From IMG/VR virus record IMGVR_UViG_3300022602_000031, positions 64,001-128,000 of that record: a DNA stretch of 64,000 nucleotides; one strand, given 5' to 3'. Numbering within the stretch: position 1 is the first letter of the stretch; each line of letters begins with the position of its first letter. Below, in pieces: positions 18,074-29,411 of this stretch. The translations under genes and the position numbers were made by a program. The notes below the pieces were generated by a model. The model saw only the letters and a program-made list of their open reading frames with translations, searched no databases and was not told the DNA's origin. This DNA is from a virus.

Positions 18074-21000
18074 ATGGCATTAACTAGACCGCGCTTAGGG
18101 CAATTATTAACAAATTCGGCCAGCCTAACCGATAATTTAACGGTTATTAATTCTGCGGCAACGCAGGCCAACGTCGATGTAGGCTTTATTTTTAATCGAA
18201 CAGATGGCGTAGGTAGTGTTGCTAACGTAGCATTATACTGGAATGAAGCCGGCCAAGGATTTGTACTCGGTTATACAGCCGATGACGGCTCTTCTAACGG
18301 CAATATCAATTCCGCTGGGTATGCTAACTTAACCACATACGGACTAAATGTAACCAGCAACGTTGCAATTGGTACCGCCTCAACAAACTATCTAACAGCC
18401 AATGGCGGCGCAACAGGCTTTGGTCCAACTATTACTGTAGCTGGAGCAGACACTAACATTGATTTAAATTTACGTGCCAAAGGCTCTGCTAACGTTTCAA
18501 TAAACAGCCCGTTAAAAATCAGTGGCAACACTATTAGTATCAACTCAGTTACTGGCGCATTTATTGTTACTGGCGGAGTTGGTGTTGGTGGTAATATTAA
18601 TATTGCCGGATCCGCAGGTAATGCTTTAGTAACTACAGCAAACATTTTAGCTGGTAACTTTGTTACATCAACAGGTAACATTTATGCTGGTAATATTGTT
18701 ACCACAGCACAAGGTATTGCTGGTAATATTTCTGGTGTTAACTACTTGCTGGCCAATGCCGCAATATATAATCAATCTGTTACAACTGGTAACTTATTGA
18801 CCAATAGCATCTACTATGCCAATGGTGCTCCATACGCATTTAGTTTTTATTCAAACGCCAACCTAACCGCTTACTTAACAAATGTAAGTATCATTGCCTA
18901 CAACGATTCAAACGTAGCTAAATTCTTATCAACTAACTTTGGATCAAACAGTATTTCTACAACTGGCAATGTATCGGCTGGTAATATAATCAGCACCATA
19001 TACACAACCACTGCTGGTTCTAATGCTAACTTAAATTTATCACCAGATGGTTCTGGTAGCGTTGTAGTTCCGACTGCACAGGTATATGTTACTGGAAACG
19101 TTACTGCTGGTAACGTATTAACCAATACACTATTATACGCAAATGGCCAACCATATGCGCTTTCTTATTTTACCACAGCCAACGTTGGTGCTTACTTACC
19201 AACCTATACCGGAAATATTCAAGCTGGTAACGTAACTATCACTGGTAACTTAACCGTTGCTAATATTATCTATACCAATCAAGAAGTTATTACTTCTACT
19301 GAAACCATACAAGGTAATCTGGTAGCGGCGGCCACAACACCAAGTACAAGTACTACAACAGGTGCATTAGTTGTTAAAGGCGGCACAGGTATTGCTGGTA
19401 ACGCAATCGTTGGCGGTAACGTACAGGCTACCGGCACAATACAATACGGATCAGGCCAAGGCGGGTTAATATTTAGAACACTAGCAGGCGGAACAGGTGC
19501 CGCAATTTACAATACTAATATTGTACCTAGTGCTCAAAATTATGCAATGACTACAGATGGTACGTCGGTAACATTTAATGCTCCATCTGGTGGCGGAGTT
19601 TATACTGGCATTAACAACAGTATCATTACTACAGTACAGGCCGGTACACCAAGTGCCACGCAAGCAACTGGACAAAGCCTAGTAGTCAGTAACGGTTTAG
19701 GTGTAACTGGCGACAGCTACTTTAGCGGCAATTTAGGTATTAGCGGTAACACATCAGCCGGTAACATTACCATTGGTAAATTTAATAATGCATCACTGAT
19801 TATTAATTCCCCATCAAGTTCTAGAACTGCTACAATTGGTTTTGTTGATTCATTCAACCTTGATGTTCAACCGGGAGTTGGATATTTAATATTAGCACGT
19901 AACGGACAAAATACAGGTGTTGGTGGCAACATCCAACCAGCGCATCGGTTAAGCGTTGGCGGAGACATATACTCGTCTGGTAATGTTATAGTAACAAGTA
20001 ATTTAACTGTTGGTGGAACACTAACAGCTACAGGTAACGTTCAGTTCCTTAACTACGAATATGTAACCAACACCGAATACGTAAACACAATCACAGCTAC
20101 AACAGTAACAGCCGCAACCATTGGTAACACAGGTGCCGCCTTAACTGGTGCTACGTTAGGTCTATCCGGTGCAGCCACAGTTGGTAACTTAATAACAACC
20201 AATGGCTTATTCTGGTCTAATGGTGTAGCATTTGCTACAAGTACTTACAGTAACGCTAACGTAGCCAGCTATTTACCGATCTATGCTGGTAATATTGGCT
20301 CTGGTAATATCACAACTACCGGCGGTATATTCTGGGCCAATGGTCAAAGTTATGGCTCGGGTTCTGTTTATGGTAATGCCAACGTAGCGTCATACCTGAC
20401 CACGTTAACAACGCCAGTTATTACACAAGCAAACATTGTTTCAAATTCATCCACTAATAGTACCAGTGCCACAACTGGCGCTATTGTTGTGCCTTATGGT
20501 GGTGTTGGTGTTGGCGGTAACTTATTTGTTGGTGGCAACATTGTTGGTACGTATACTAACGTAACAATCACGTCTGGCGCCTACACAACAACACTAGATC
20601 CATATGGTAATATTAGTTTACCATCGGGCAATTTAATCATTGGTAACATATTTGCCTATACAATTGGTAACACTGGCACACAATTGGTTGGTAATGGCTC
20701 AGGTATTACTGGTGTTGCGGCCAGCGGATTAGCTGGTACAGCAAATACAGCGCAGGTAGCTCTTACTACACAAATTACCAACTCAACTAGCTCGGGTATT
20801 TACTATCCAACGTTTGCTAATATTACAGCTGGTAATACACAACTATGGGCTAGTAGCACAAACTTATTCTTCCAACCAAGTTCTGGTAACTTAACCGCGG
20901 TAAACTTTAATGGTCAATATTACGGTGCTATTATTACACCAATACAGACTAACATACTACAGGTTGGCAATTTAAATTCATTAAGTGTTGGTAACGTAAC

Positions 21001-23659
21001 AACATTATTTGGCAATACAGTTATTGCCAATACTACTCCAAGCACTAGTGCCACTACCGGAGCATTAACAGTTCCAACAGGTGGTGTTGGTATTGGTGGT
21101 AACTTATTTGTTGGCGGTAATGCTAATATAAACATTGCCAATATTACCAATACCTATACTGGTACAATACAATCAACTACAGCATTTGGTAATTTATGGA
21201 ACACCAGCAACACCGTTGGTAATATCTATGTTGGTACAAGTACTGCCAACGTAACCATTACTGGTAATGCTAACATTGCCAACTTAACAATTACTAACCT
21301 GCTATGGCCAAACGGTATTTCATACTCGTCTGGTATTGTAGCAGGTATTACAAACTATGGTAACAGTAACGTAGCTGGATACTTACCAACCTACACAGGC
21401 AACATTGGCGCGGTTTACACATTAGGTGGAGTGTATTGGGCAGGTAACAATACACCGTTTGGCTACAGTAATACAGCGGCAGCGGCATTTTTGCCGGTTT
21501 ACTCAGGTAACTTACGTGCCGGCAACGTAACTATCACTGGTAATCTAACAGTTGCTAATATTATCTACACAAACCAAGAAATAATTACCACAACAGATAC
21601 TATACAAGGCAACTTGGTGGCCGCAAGTGGCACAGCAAGTACTAATACCACATCGGGTGCGTTGGTTGTTATCGGTGGTGCTGGTGTTAGTGGAAACGTC
21701 TATGCTGGTGCTAACTTAAATGTTGGCCTAAACTCTACTGTCAGTGGTTATCAGGTAATTAATAACTTAACCAATCAACCAGCATTACAGATCATTGGTA
21801 ACAGCTGGCGCGGCGGAGTTGGTTATCACGATTTCTTACAAGTTACAAATACCTACACTGGAGCAACTACTCCGACCAAATGGTTCCGTTTAAACAGCAC
21901 CGGCGGATTGGAAATTGTTAACAGTGGGTATAGTCAAGTTATCTTTTCTCTGGATGATGGCGGTAACGTAATTGCTACTAGTAATATCACTGCCAGCAAC
22001 AGACTTATAACCAGTGGAGGTTTATTCTGGAGTAACGGTGTTAGCTATGGATCCAGTATTAGTGCCGCAATTGGTGTTTATGGTAATGCCAACGTAGCCG
22101 GCTATTTGCCAACCTATGGTGGTAACGTCTTAGCCAGCACAGTTTACAGTAACGGTTATTTCTGGGCAGCCAATGGCTTCTCAATAGTATATGGTAACAT
22201 TGCCGCTAATGCTTATGTAAGCAACACCTTATTGCCAAACTATCAAGGCAATCTACAAGCTGGTAACTTGTTAGTAACCAGTGCCAGTGGGCAAGGCGGA
22301 AATATTAGCACAGGTAATATTTTATCTAGTGGATATTTCTGGGCTAACGGCGCACCATTTATTACCAGCAACTACGGTAATGCCAACGTAGCTTCTTACT
22401 TAACATCCTATGGCGGATTCTTATTTGCTAGCCAGGTACGTACTAATAGTAATATTCAGGTCGGCGGTAATTTAATTGTTACTAACGATAGTTACTTACT
22501 TGGTAATGCTACAATCACCGGCAACCTGATAGTTGCTAACATTACATATTTAAATCAAGAATTTGTCAGCACAAGTGAAGTGGTTACAGGTAATTTGGTT
22601 GCTAACTCTGGAACAACAAGTTCTAATGTAAGCACTGGTGCTATGGTAGTTGTTGGTGGTGCGGGTATCAGCGGAGCTTTAAACGTTGGTGGTAACCTAA
22701 CAGTTGCTAACATACAAACTACAGGTACCAGCGGTAATATTAGTGGAGTTGACAATTTATTTGCTAACGTTATCAATCTGGCATCTAATATTAATGCCTC
22801 AACCGGCAATTTGAATATTTCTGGTAATATTAACTATACCGGAAATGTATTCTCGGGCGGTATACCAACTGGTACTAACAGTTATTATAATATAGCACCG
22901 TTGAATTTAAATAACAGCTTAACCGGCGGCGTAAAAACTCAGCTGAACCTGATCAACACAGGTGGGTCATCTGGTGCTGGTAGTGCTATTGATTTTTACA
23001 CCTATACCAATCAGGCTACAAGTACAGCACCTGGAGCTAGACTTAGTGTCATTGATGACGGAGTTTATTCCGCCAGCTGGAATTTTTATACCAAAACTCC
23101 TGGCGCACCTAGCAATACACTAACATCTAGATTTAGTATCAGCGATATAGGTATTGTTACTGTTTCGTCTACTAGTCCGGCAGCCAACGTCAGTTCTGGA
23201 GCACTACAAGTAGCTGGTGGTATCAGTACCCCGGGTAACGTATATGCCAACGCAATTTATACAACAACTGGACTGTATTGGGCAGGCAATAATAACATTA
23301 TCAGCATCGGCGGCGGTGGCGGAAGCCCAGTGGGTGTTTCTGGTGCTATTCAGTACAATAATGGTGGTGTACTTGCAGCCGCAAACCTAATTTACAACTC
23401 AGGTAATAATACAATTCTAGCTAACGGTAATGTTAACTCAACCAGTAACGTTAGCGGTACTATGCAGATTGTGGGTGGTATGGGTGTTACTGGCAACATT
23501 TTTGCCAACGCAGTTTATACTACAACAGGTATTTTCTGGCAAGGTAACGGTTATCCAATGAGTACAGGTAGTTTATTCCCGTACCTGGATATGGGCTTTA
23601 TTACAGATACTACTGCCCCGGTCCCTGCTGTGTTTGATTTAGGCTCTGTAGCACCTTAG
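18074..23659 (+). CDS. Very long tail fibre protein (1861 aa)
   Basis: Many W.NG…Y.NANV..YL and TGAL.V.GG repeats; ends with D[ML]G motifs. Confidence 0.72.
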   Translation: MALTRPRLGQLLTNSASLTDNLTVINSAATQANVDVGFIFNRTDGVGSVANVALYWNEAGQGFVLGYTADDGSSNGNINSAGYANLTTYGLNVTSNVAIGTASTNYLTANGGATGFGPTITVAGADTNIDLNLRAKGSANVSINSPLKISGNTISINSVTGAFIVTGGVGVGGNINIAGSAGNALVTTANILAGNFVTSTGNIYAGNIVTTAQGIAGNISGVNYLLANAAIYNQSVTTGNLLTNSIYYANGAPYAFSFYSNANLTAYLTNVSIIAYNDSNVAKFLSTNFGSNSISTTGNVSAGNIISTIYTTTAGSNANLNLSPDGSGSVVVPTAQVYVTGNVTAGNVLTNTLLYANGQPYALSYFTTANVGAYLPTYTGNIQAGNVTITGNLTVANIIYTNQEVITSTETIQGNLVAAATTPSTSTTTGALVVKGGTGIAGNAIVGGNVQATGTIQYGSGQGGLIFRTLAGGTGAAIYNTNIVPSAQNYAMTTDGTSVTFNAPSGGGVYTGINNSIITTVQAGTPSATQATGQSLVVSNGLGVTGDSYFSGNLGISGNTSAGNITIGKFNNASLIINSPSSSRTATIGFVDSFNLDVQPGVGYLILARNGQNTGVGGNIQPAHRLSVGGDIYSSGNVIVTSNLTVGGTLTATGNVQFLNYEYVTNTEYVNTITATTVTAATIGNTGAALTGATLGLSGAATVGNLITTNGLFWSNGVAFATSTYSNANVASYLPIYAGNIGSGNITTTGGIFWANGQSYGSGSVYGNANVASYLTTLTTPVITQANIVSNSSTNSTSATTGAIVVPYGGVGVGGNLFVGGNIVGTYTNVTITSGAYTTTLDPYGNISLPSGNLIIGNIFAYTIGNTGTQLVGNGSGITGVAASGLAGTANTAQVALTTQITNSTSSGIYYPTFANITAGNTQLWASSTNLFFQPSSGNLTAVNFNGQYYGAIITPIQTNILQVGNLNSLSVGNVTTLFGNTVIANTTPSTSATTGALTVPTGGVGIGGNLFVGGNANINIANITNTYTGTIQSTTAFGNLWNTSNTVGNIYVGTSTANVTITGNANIANLTITNLLWPNGISYSSGIVAGITNYGNSNVAGYLPTYTGNIGAVYTLGGVYWAGNNTPFGYSNTAAAAFLPVYSGNLRAGNVTITGNLTVANIIYTNQEIITTTDTIQGNLVAASGTASTNTTSGALVVIGGAGVSGNVYAGANLNVGLNSTVSGYQVINNLTNQPALQIIGNSWRGGVGYHDFLQVTNTYTGATTPTKWFRLNSTGGLEIVNSGYSQVIFSLDDGGNVIATSNITASNRLITSGGLFWSNGVSYGSSISAAIGVYGNANVAGYLPTYGGNVLASTVYSNGYFWAANGFSIVYGNIAANAYVSNTLLPNYQGNLQAGNLLVTSASGQGGNISTGNILSSGYFWANGAPFITSNYGNANVASYLTSYGGFLFASQVRTNSNIQVGGNLIVTNDSYLLGNATITGNLIVANITYLNQEFVSTSEVVTGNLVANSGTTSSNVSTGAMVVVGGAGISGALNVGGNLTVANIQTTGTSGNISGVDNLFANVINLASNINASTGNLNISGNINYTGNVFSGGIPTGTNSYYNIAPLNLNNSLTGGVKTQLNLINTGGSSGAGSAIDFYTYTNQATSTAPGARLSVIDDGVYSASWNFYTKTPGAPSNTLTSRFSISDIGIVTVSSTSPAANVSSGALQVAGGISTPGNVYANAIYTTTGLYWAGNNNIISIGGGGGSPVGVSGAIQYNNGGVLAAANLIYNSGNNTILANGNVNSTSNVSGTMQIVGGMGVTGNIFANAVYTTTGIFWQGNGYPMSTGSLFPYLDMGFITDTTAPVPAVFDLGSVAP

Positions 23660-23672
23660 GATATAGTTTAGA

Positions 23673-23678
23673 TAAATA
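23673..23678 (+). promoter_or_regulatory. Late promoter core TAAATA
   Basis: AGATAAATAT upstream of ATG 23706. Confidence 0.65.
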
Positions 23679-23705
23679 TAACAATATAACGGAATTTGAA
23701 TATAA

Positions 23706-25730
23706 ATGTCAACACAATTTCAACTTAGACGAGGAACAGCGGCCCAAACAGCAGCCTTCACAGGTGCGCCGGGCGAAGTTACGGTCAATACGACCAGCAA
23801 CACGCTAACCCTACACGACTCCGTTACCCCGGGCGGTTGGCCTATATTAAGTGCCAATGCCGCACAAAACGTCTATAACAAAAGTATTTTTAGTGCCAAC
23901 TTAGTTGGTACACAAGCAATCAGCGGTAACATAATTCCAACAACAGGTAATTTATATACCTTAGGTAACGCCGCTTATCCATTTAAGAGTTTATATGTTT
24001 CTGGTAATACAATTTACCTTGGTAATGCTATATTATCTACTACCAGCAACAGTTTTACAATTATTAACCCAGCCGGCGGATCATTTAGTGTTACTGGTGA
24101 CAATGTTAGCGGCTCAACTGGTATTTTTGCTAACTTACAAATTACTAGTAATACCCCTTCAACCAGTGCCACAACTGGTGCTTTACAAATTGGCGGTGGA
24201 GCAGGAATTGCGGGAGATGTCTACACAGGCGGTAACGCAATTATTGGTGGCAATCTAACAGTACTAGGTACAACTACAACTGTTAATACCGAAATTATTA
24301 ATCAAAGCGAAGTAGTTACTGCTAACCTAACAGTCAACGGTCGCGGTGTAATTGCTGGCAACGTTTCTACTGCTAATTTAAGTGTGGCTGGTACTATTAC
24401 ATCAACTGGGTCAATGTATTCCGGTGGTGGATATTTTTACAGTAACGGTGCTTCAATATTAGCTGGATTCTTGACTAACACCTTCCAAGGTAATATGACC
24501 CTTGGTAACCTGACAGCAGGAAACATTACTTCTGGTGTTGGTATTGCTGGGCAAGGTGGAACAATTTATGTTAGCGCATCCAACGGTAACGATAGTGCTC
24601 TTAACGCAGGTACATTTAATAATCCATTCAAGACAATCAAGGCCGCGTTGGCAGTAGCACAGGCTGGACAAACAGTTCAAGTCGGTCCTGGTGTTTACAC
24701 AGAAAACAACCCAATTACAGTTCCAGCCTATACCAGCTTGTTAGGCAACGATTTGCGTACAGTATTCATTACTCCACAAAATCCTAACAGTGATTTAATT
24801 TGGGTTAACCCGGGTGTGTTCATCAACGGCTTCACTCTACGTGACTATAACGCTAGCGGTTTTGCTTATCCTAGCACAGGTAATATTGCGGCAACAGTAA
24901 GTCCGTATATTCAAAACATTACAAGTAAAACAACTGCCGCAACTTCTACCGCAGTAACCATTGACGGCAACTTGTGTAGCAGTGGTTTCAAGGCAATGAT
25001 TATTGGTTTCTTTACAATCATTAACCAAAACGGTTATGGTATTGTTCTAAAGAATTCAGCGTACAGTCAGCTAGTTAACATATACACAATTGGTTGCGAA
25101 CAAGGTATCGTAGCACAGTCGGGTAGCTTTGTAACACTCAACGGTTCAGACACCAGTATTGGTAACGTGGCTCTACGTGCCGATGGATACGGCCCACTAC
25201 TGACCTATGGTAATACTCTTGGGTATAGCGCACTAGGTTCGTTTAACGTAAACATGAATGGAAATATTGCTCCTAAAGTTAATCAGGTTATGATTATCAA
25301 CGGAGATACAAACTACTACAGTATTGACACAGTTTCCTTTGTTGGTAACACTGGAACTTATGCTAATACCTGGCAGGTGAAAGTGTTGGAAACTTATGGT
25401 AGTAACCTAGCACCGGTGACCAATATCGCATTCTATCAGCGTAGTGCAATTATTGCGTCAGCACACACATTTGAATATGTAGGCGCTGGTAATTTTATGT
25501 CTAACGCACTACCACAGTTTGGCGGTATTCCAGACCCAACTTATTCAGTTATACAAACTAATGGTGGACACGTTACTTACACAGCAACTGACCATAAAGG
25601 TAACTTTATGATTGGTCCAAATTTAACTATTAACCAGGTTACTGGTACTATCACAGGTGATAGCTTTAACAGAAGTATGTTTGCGTTGGTAACACCATAC
25701 ATACTAGCACTACAAACGGCGTTATCGTAA
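23706..25730 (+). CDS. Tail spike/adhesin with Mtd-N-like head and pectin-lyase-like beta-helix
   Basis: N-terminal QLRRGT…FTGAPGE.TV.T…L.LHD..TPGG; IYVSASNGND…NPFKTIKAAL…V.VGPGVY.E beta-helix start. Confidence 0.7.
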   Translation: MSTQFQLRRGTAAQTAAFTGAPGEVTVNTTSNTLTLHDSVTPGGWPILSANAAQNVYNKSIFSANLVGTQAISGNIIPTTGNLYTLGNAAYPFKSLYVSGNTIYLGNAILSTTSNSFTIINPAGGSFSVTGDNVSGSTGIFANLQITSNTPSTSATTGALQIGGGAGIAGDVYTGGNAIIGGNLTVLGTTTTVNTEIINQSEVVTANLTVNGRGVIAGNVSTANLSVAGTITSTGSMYSGGGYFYSNGASILAGFLTNTFQGNMTLGNLTAGNITSGVGIAGQGGTIYVSASNGNDSALNAGTFNNPFKTIKAALAVAQAGQTVQVGPGVYTENNPITVPAYTSLLGNDLRTVFITPQNPNSDLIWVNPGVFINGFTLRDYNASGFAYPSTGNIAATVSPYIQNITSKTTAATSTAVTIDGNLCSSGFKAMIIGFFTIINQNGYGIVLKNSAYSQLVNIYTIGCEQGIVAQSGSFVTLNGSDTSIGNVALRADGYGPLLTYGNTLGYSALGSFNVNMNGNIAPKVNQVMIINGDTNYYSIDTVSFVGNTGTYANTWQVKVLETYGSNLAPVTNIAFYQRSAIIASAHTFEYVGAGNFMSNALPQFGGIPDPTYSVIQTNGGHVTYTATDHKGNFMIGPNLTINQVTGTITGDSFNRSMFALVTPYILALQTALS

Positions 25731-25742
25731 AAGGAAAGAAAA

Positions 25743-26075
25743 ATGGCAGTCTTAAACGCATTCAAAACTATTGTAGCAAACGTAACTACTACGTCTAACG
25801 TAATTTACTCTGCTCCAACTGGATATACTACAGTTGTACTACTTGCTCAAGTAGCCAACAACAGTAACGCCAACGTCTACTACGTAACTGGACAACACGT
25901 GCGCGGTGGAGTCCCAACAACATTGGTAGCTAACATACCAGTACCAGTAAGTGACGCAGTTTCGTTGTTGACTGGTAAATTAATCTTAGCCACTTACGAT
26001 AGTATTCAGGTTGTTGGTAGTGATAACGTCTCCGGACAAATCTTATTAAGCATATTAGAAACAGCGAACCCATAA
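25743..26075 (+). CDS. Small beta-rich structural protein (paralogue of 5449)
   Basis: IYSAP…VLLAQVAN…GKLILATYDSIQV…LSILE. Confidence 0.6.
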   Translation: MAVLNAFKTIVANVTTTSNVIYSAPTGYTTVVLLAQVANNSNANVYYVTGQHVRGGVPTTLVANIPVPVSDAVSLLTGKLILATYDSIQVVGSDNVSGQILLSILETANP

Positions 26076-26078
26076 TAT

Positions 26079-29000
26079 ATGAGCCAGTCTAAATTTAGTA
26101 GAGCAGTTTCGGGTCGCGTACCAGTAGTAAGCCCGACCCAAGTATCAAGTTCAAGATATCAGTTCTTGAGCTTGGACCAGGCAGAACCTAACTTAGGTTA
26201 TGGTTCTAATAATGCCATCTTATCTACAAATATATCAGGTAGTCGTGTTTGGACAACAGGGCCAACTTTAAGCAACGTATACTTAACCAGTAATGCTAAC
26301 ATAGGTGGTATTACTGTAAACTCAACAGGTATTTTTTGGCCTAACGGCGCACAGTACGGATCTGGTACAGTTTATTCTAACGCAAACGTACAACTATTAT
26401 TAAGTGCCTATACTGGTAACCTAATTACCACAGGTAACATCATTACTATCGGTAGCATCACAGCCGACGTTATAACAGCCAACACACAATATTTTACCGG
26501 CGGTAAAGTAGTAACTACCAATGGCGTGTATTGGGCCAATGGATCTCCATACTACGGCGATGCTAACGTATCGACTTATATACAAAACTTCTCAGGTAAC
26601 CTAGGCGGATATGTAGCAGGCAATCAGCCCTACATTACAGGATTACCGGGGGTAAATACCATCACTGTTCAAAATGGTGTTACCTTAGGTTCGCAAGGTA
26701 TTTACTGGGCAAACGGTAGTCCTTACGGTTCGGGTACAGCATATTCAAACGCTAACGTAAGTAGTTTATTAACAGTCTACGGTGGTGTAATTCGTGGTAA
26801 CATTCTTTATTCTAATAACGTAATTGCTGGTAATTTAACCAGCAATACAAACATTTTAGCGCAAGGCCAAATTACTACCACCAATGGTATATATTGGGCC
26901 AATGGTGTAAGCTATACTGCTGGATTAACATCGTATAGTAATGCCAACGTTGGCGGATATCTATCTCAGTACTCAGGAAATCTTGGCGGCACCATTAGTA
27001 CAGCAAGCCAACCATACATTACCAGTGTCGGTACATTAAACGGTTTAACTGTAACAAATGGTATATCAGTAACTGGCTCAAGCAGTTTTGGTGGCCCAAC
27101 TACATTAAACGGAACTACAACCGTTAACGGTAACTTGGTAGTTGCGGCACAAGGCGAATACACAAACGACTTATACGTTGGCGGTAACTTGTATGTTTCT
27201 GGACAAACAACTACAATCAACGCCAATGCGATTACAACCAATGATTTATATCTTACACTAGCCAATAATGCAGTTAGTAAAACTGCGGCCAACGGCGCTG
27301 GTATATATTTAAACAGCGTTGCTGGCGGCTCAAACTACGGCTACTTCCGTTATGACAATAACGCCATGGGCGGTAGCGGATCGTGGGATACCAATCTTGG
27401 TCTTCAACCATATTGGACAGGTAACTTAAACCTAGGCGGCCCAGCAAACTACTGGGGCAACGTTTACGCCACAGGTATTGTTACAGGTTCTATCAACACC
27501 TTTGCCAGCCAAGCGTATTTTAATACATTCTTTGCTACAAGTATCAATGCTGGTACTGTTAATGCTACACTCATTGGTAACATCGGAACTACACTTATTG
27601 GTAGTCTAGGTACAGCTAGCCAAACAACAATTACCAGCGTTGGTACATTAACTGGACTACAGGTAGCCGGTTGGGGTAACATTGGCCTAGGTATCTTTAC
27701 ATCAAACATCAGTGCTGGTACAATTGGTAACGTTGGAGCAGTATTTAACGGTAGTCAGATTAACGTTGGTAGTGCTTATATTCCTACCCTAAACACTACC
27801 TATGCTAACATTACAACAGCTAACTTAGGCGCATTAACTGGTGCGCTAAACGTACAAGGTGTTGCTTCATTCTACAGTAATATTTTAGCCGCAAGTGGTG
27901 TAGCAAGTACAAGTACAGGTACTGGTGCTATCACTGTTTCTGGCTCAGGTGGTGTTGGTGTTGGTGGTAACGTTACAGCTGGCGGACTAGTTGGTCCGCT
28001 ATACGGCACAGTAATGACAGCCAGTCAGCCAAACATTACTACAGTCGGTACACTTACAAACTTAATAGTTGCTGGTAACTTAACAGTACAAGGCGCAAGC
28101 ACAATAATTGGATCCACAGACTTAACTGTCAACGACTCAATTATCAACTTACATACTGCCGCTAACCTGGCACCGTTGACAACAAACGACGGTCGCGACA
28201 TTGGATTTAAATTACACTACTACGATAGTGTATTATCCACTGGTGATAATTTAGCCTTCTTGGGTCGTGCCAATGATTCAGGATTCTTGGAATTTTACAA
28301 CACTGGTTATGAAGGTGTTGCCAACGTATTCATTGGTAATACCTATGGCACAATTAAAACTGGTGAATTCTATGCGGCAAACTCTACAGCCGCAACAAGT
28401 TCAAGTACAGGTGCACTACGTGTAGCTGGTGGCGCAGGTATTGGTGGACAAGTTTATTCAGCCGGTATCAATAGTACAACTGGTAATTTGGTAACAGCAT
28501 ACTTAGGTACTGTTTACGCTGGTACTATTAATGGCGCCACAATTGGTAACACAGGCGCCGCGATTCAAGGTGCTACAGTTAACTCTACTGGTGCTGTTAC
28601 AGCCGGTAACATTATTACTACAAACGGTATTTTCTGGCCCAATGGTGTTAGCTATGGTCAAGGTACGTTTACATCATTTAGTACGGCCAACATTGACCAA
28701 TACTTACCGGGGTACCAAGGCAATGTCAGCTCTGGTAACCTAACAACAAATGGTCAGTTATTTGTACGTGGTAATGCTATTATTCAAGGCAACTTAATTG
28801 TAGCCAACGTTACATACCTAACACAAGAAATAGTTACCACATCAGAAAGCATAACTGGTGCGCTATCAGCAACTGGTAACATATCAACTACTTCTAATTT
28901 AAACGTATCTGGTACTACCTATGTTAATGGTATTTTACCAAATGCCAACGTATCATACAACCTTGGTAGTGCAAACTACTCTTTTGCTAACATTTATGTT

Positions 29001-29378
29001 GGTAATATTATTACACCAAGCGGAACACTAGGTGCTGGCGGTAATATTAATGCCGCAACAGTAACAGCTACTACTGGCGTATATGCTCCGGGCTTTTTCT
29101 GGAGTACCAACGGTGCTAGTATTTTAAGCAGTATTGTGGTTAGTGGCGGGGGTGGAGGCGGTAGTGGCACAGCAATAGCTGGTGCGTATTTCTCAGGATA
29201 TACCAACTTCTCGGGTAGCCCAATTAACGATTTTGGCGCTAGCGAGAGTTATGTAAACTCTGGCGGTAGCCCTTACAGTGACCCATTTGGGCAAACTCTA
29301 AGCACATATACAGTAGATTTCAATGAATTAGAAACTACCTTACAGACTTTAGATTTAGGTAGCAACTCATTTGTTTAA
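26079..29378 (+). CDS. Long tail fibre protein (1099 aa)
   Basis: W.NG repeats, a module shared with 14257, C-terminal DFG/DLG motifs. Confidence 0.7.
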   Translation: MSQSKFSRAVSGRVPVVSPTQVSSSRYQFLSLDQAEPNLGYGSNNAILSTNISGSRVWTTGPTLSNVYLTSNANIGGITVNSTGIFWPNGAQYGSGTVYSNANVQLLLSAYTGNLITTGNIITIGSITADVITANTQYFTGGKVVTTNGVYWANGSPYYGDANVSTYIQNFSGNLGGYVAGNQPYITGLPGVNTITVQNGVTLGSQGIYWANGSPYGSGTAYSNANVSSLLTVYGGVIRGNILYSNNVIAGNLTSNTNILAQGQITTTNGIYWANGVSYTAGLTSYSNANVGGYLSQYSGNLGGTISTASQPYITSVGTLNGLTVTNGISVTGSSSFGGPTTLNGTTTVNGNLVVAAQGEYTNDLYVGGNLYVSGQTTTINANAITTNDLYLTLANNAVSKTAANGAGIYLNSVAGGSNYGYFRYDNNAMGGSGSWDTNLGLQPYWTGNLNLGGPANYWGNVYATGIVTGSINTFASQAYFNTFFATSINAGTVNATLIGNIGTTLIGSLGTASQTTITSVGTLTGLQVAGWGNIGLGIFTSNISAGTIGNVGAVFNGSQINVGSAYIPTLNTTYANITTANLGALTGALNVQGVASFYSNILAASGVASTSTGTGAITVSGSGGVGVGGNVTAGGLVGPLYGTVMTASQPNITTVGTLTNLIVAGNLTVQGASTIIGSTDLTVNDSIINLHTAANLAPLTTNDGRDIGFKLHYYDSVLSTGDNLAFLGRANDSGFLEFYNTGYEGVANVFIGNTYGTIKTGEFYAANSTAATSSSTGALRVAGGAGIGGQVYSAGINSTTGNLVTAYLGTVYAGTINGATIGNTGAAIQGATVNSTGAVTAGNIITTNGIFWPNGVSYGQGTFTSFSTANIDQYLPGYQGNVSSGNLTTNGQLFVRGNAIIQGNLIVANVTYLTQEIVTTSESITGALSATGNISTTSNLNVSGTTYVNGILPNANVSYNLGSANYSFANIYVGNIITPSGTLGAGGNINAATVTATTGVYAPGFFWSTNGASILSSIVVSGGGGGGSGTAIAGAYFSGYTNFSGSPINDFGASESYVNSGGSPYSDPFGQTLSTYTVDFNELETTLQTLDLGSNSFV

Positions 29379-29382
29379 CGGA

Positions 29383-29388
29383 TAAATA
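29383..29388 (+). promoter_or_regulatory. Late promoter core TAAATA
   Basis: GGATAAATAA upstream of ATG 29412, with SD GAGGA. Confidence 0.65.
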
Positions 29389-29411
29389 AGATATAGAGGA
29401 CGATATAAAAA

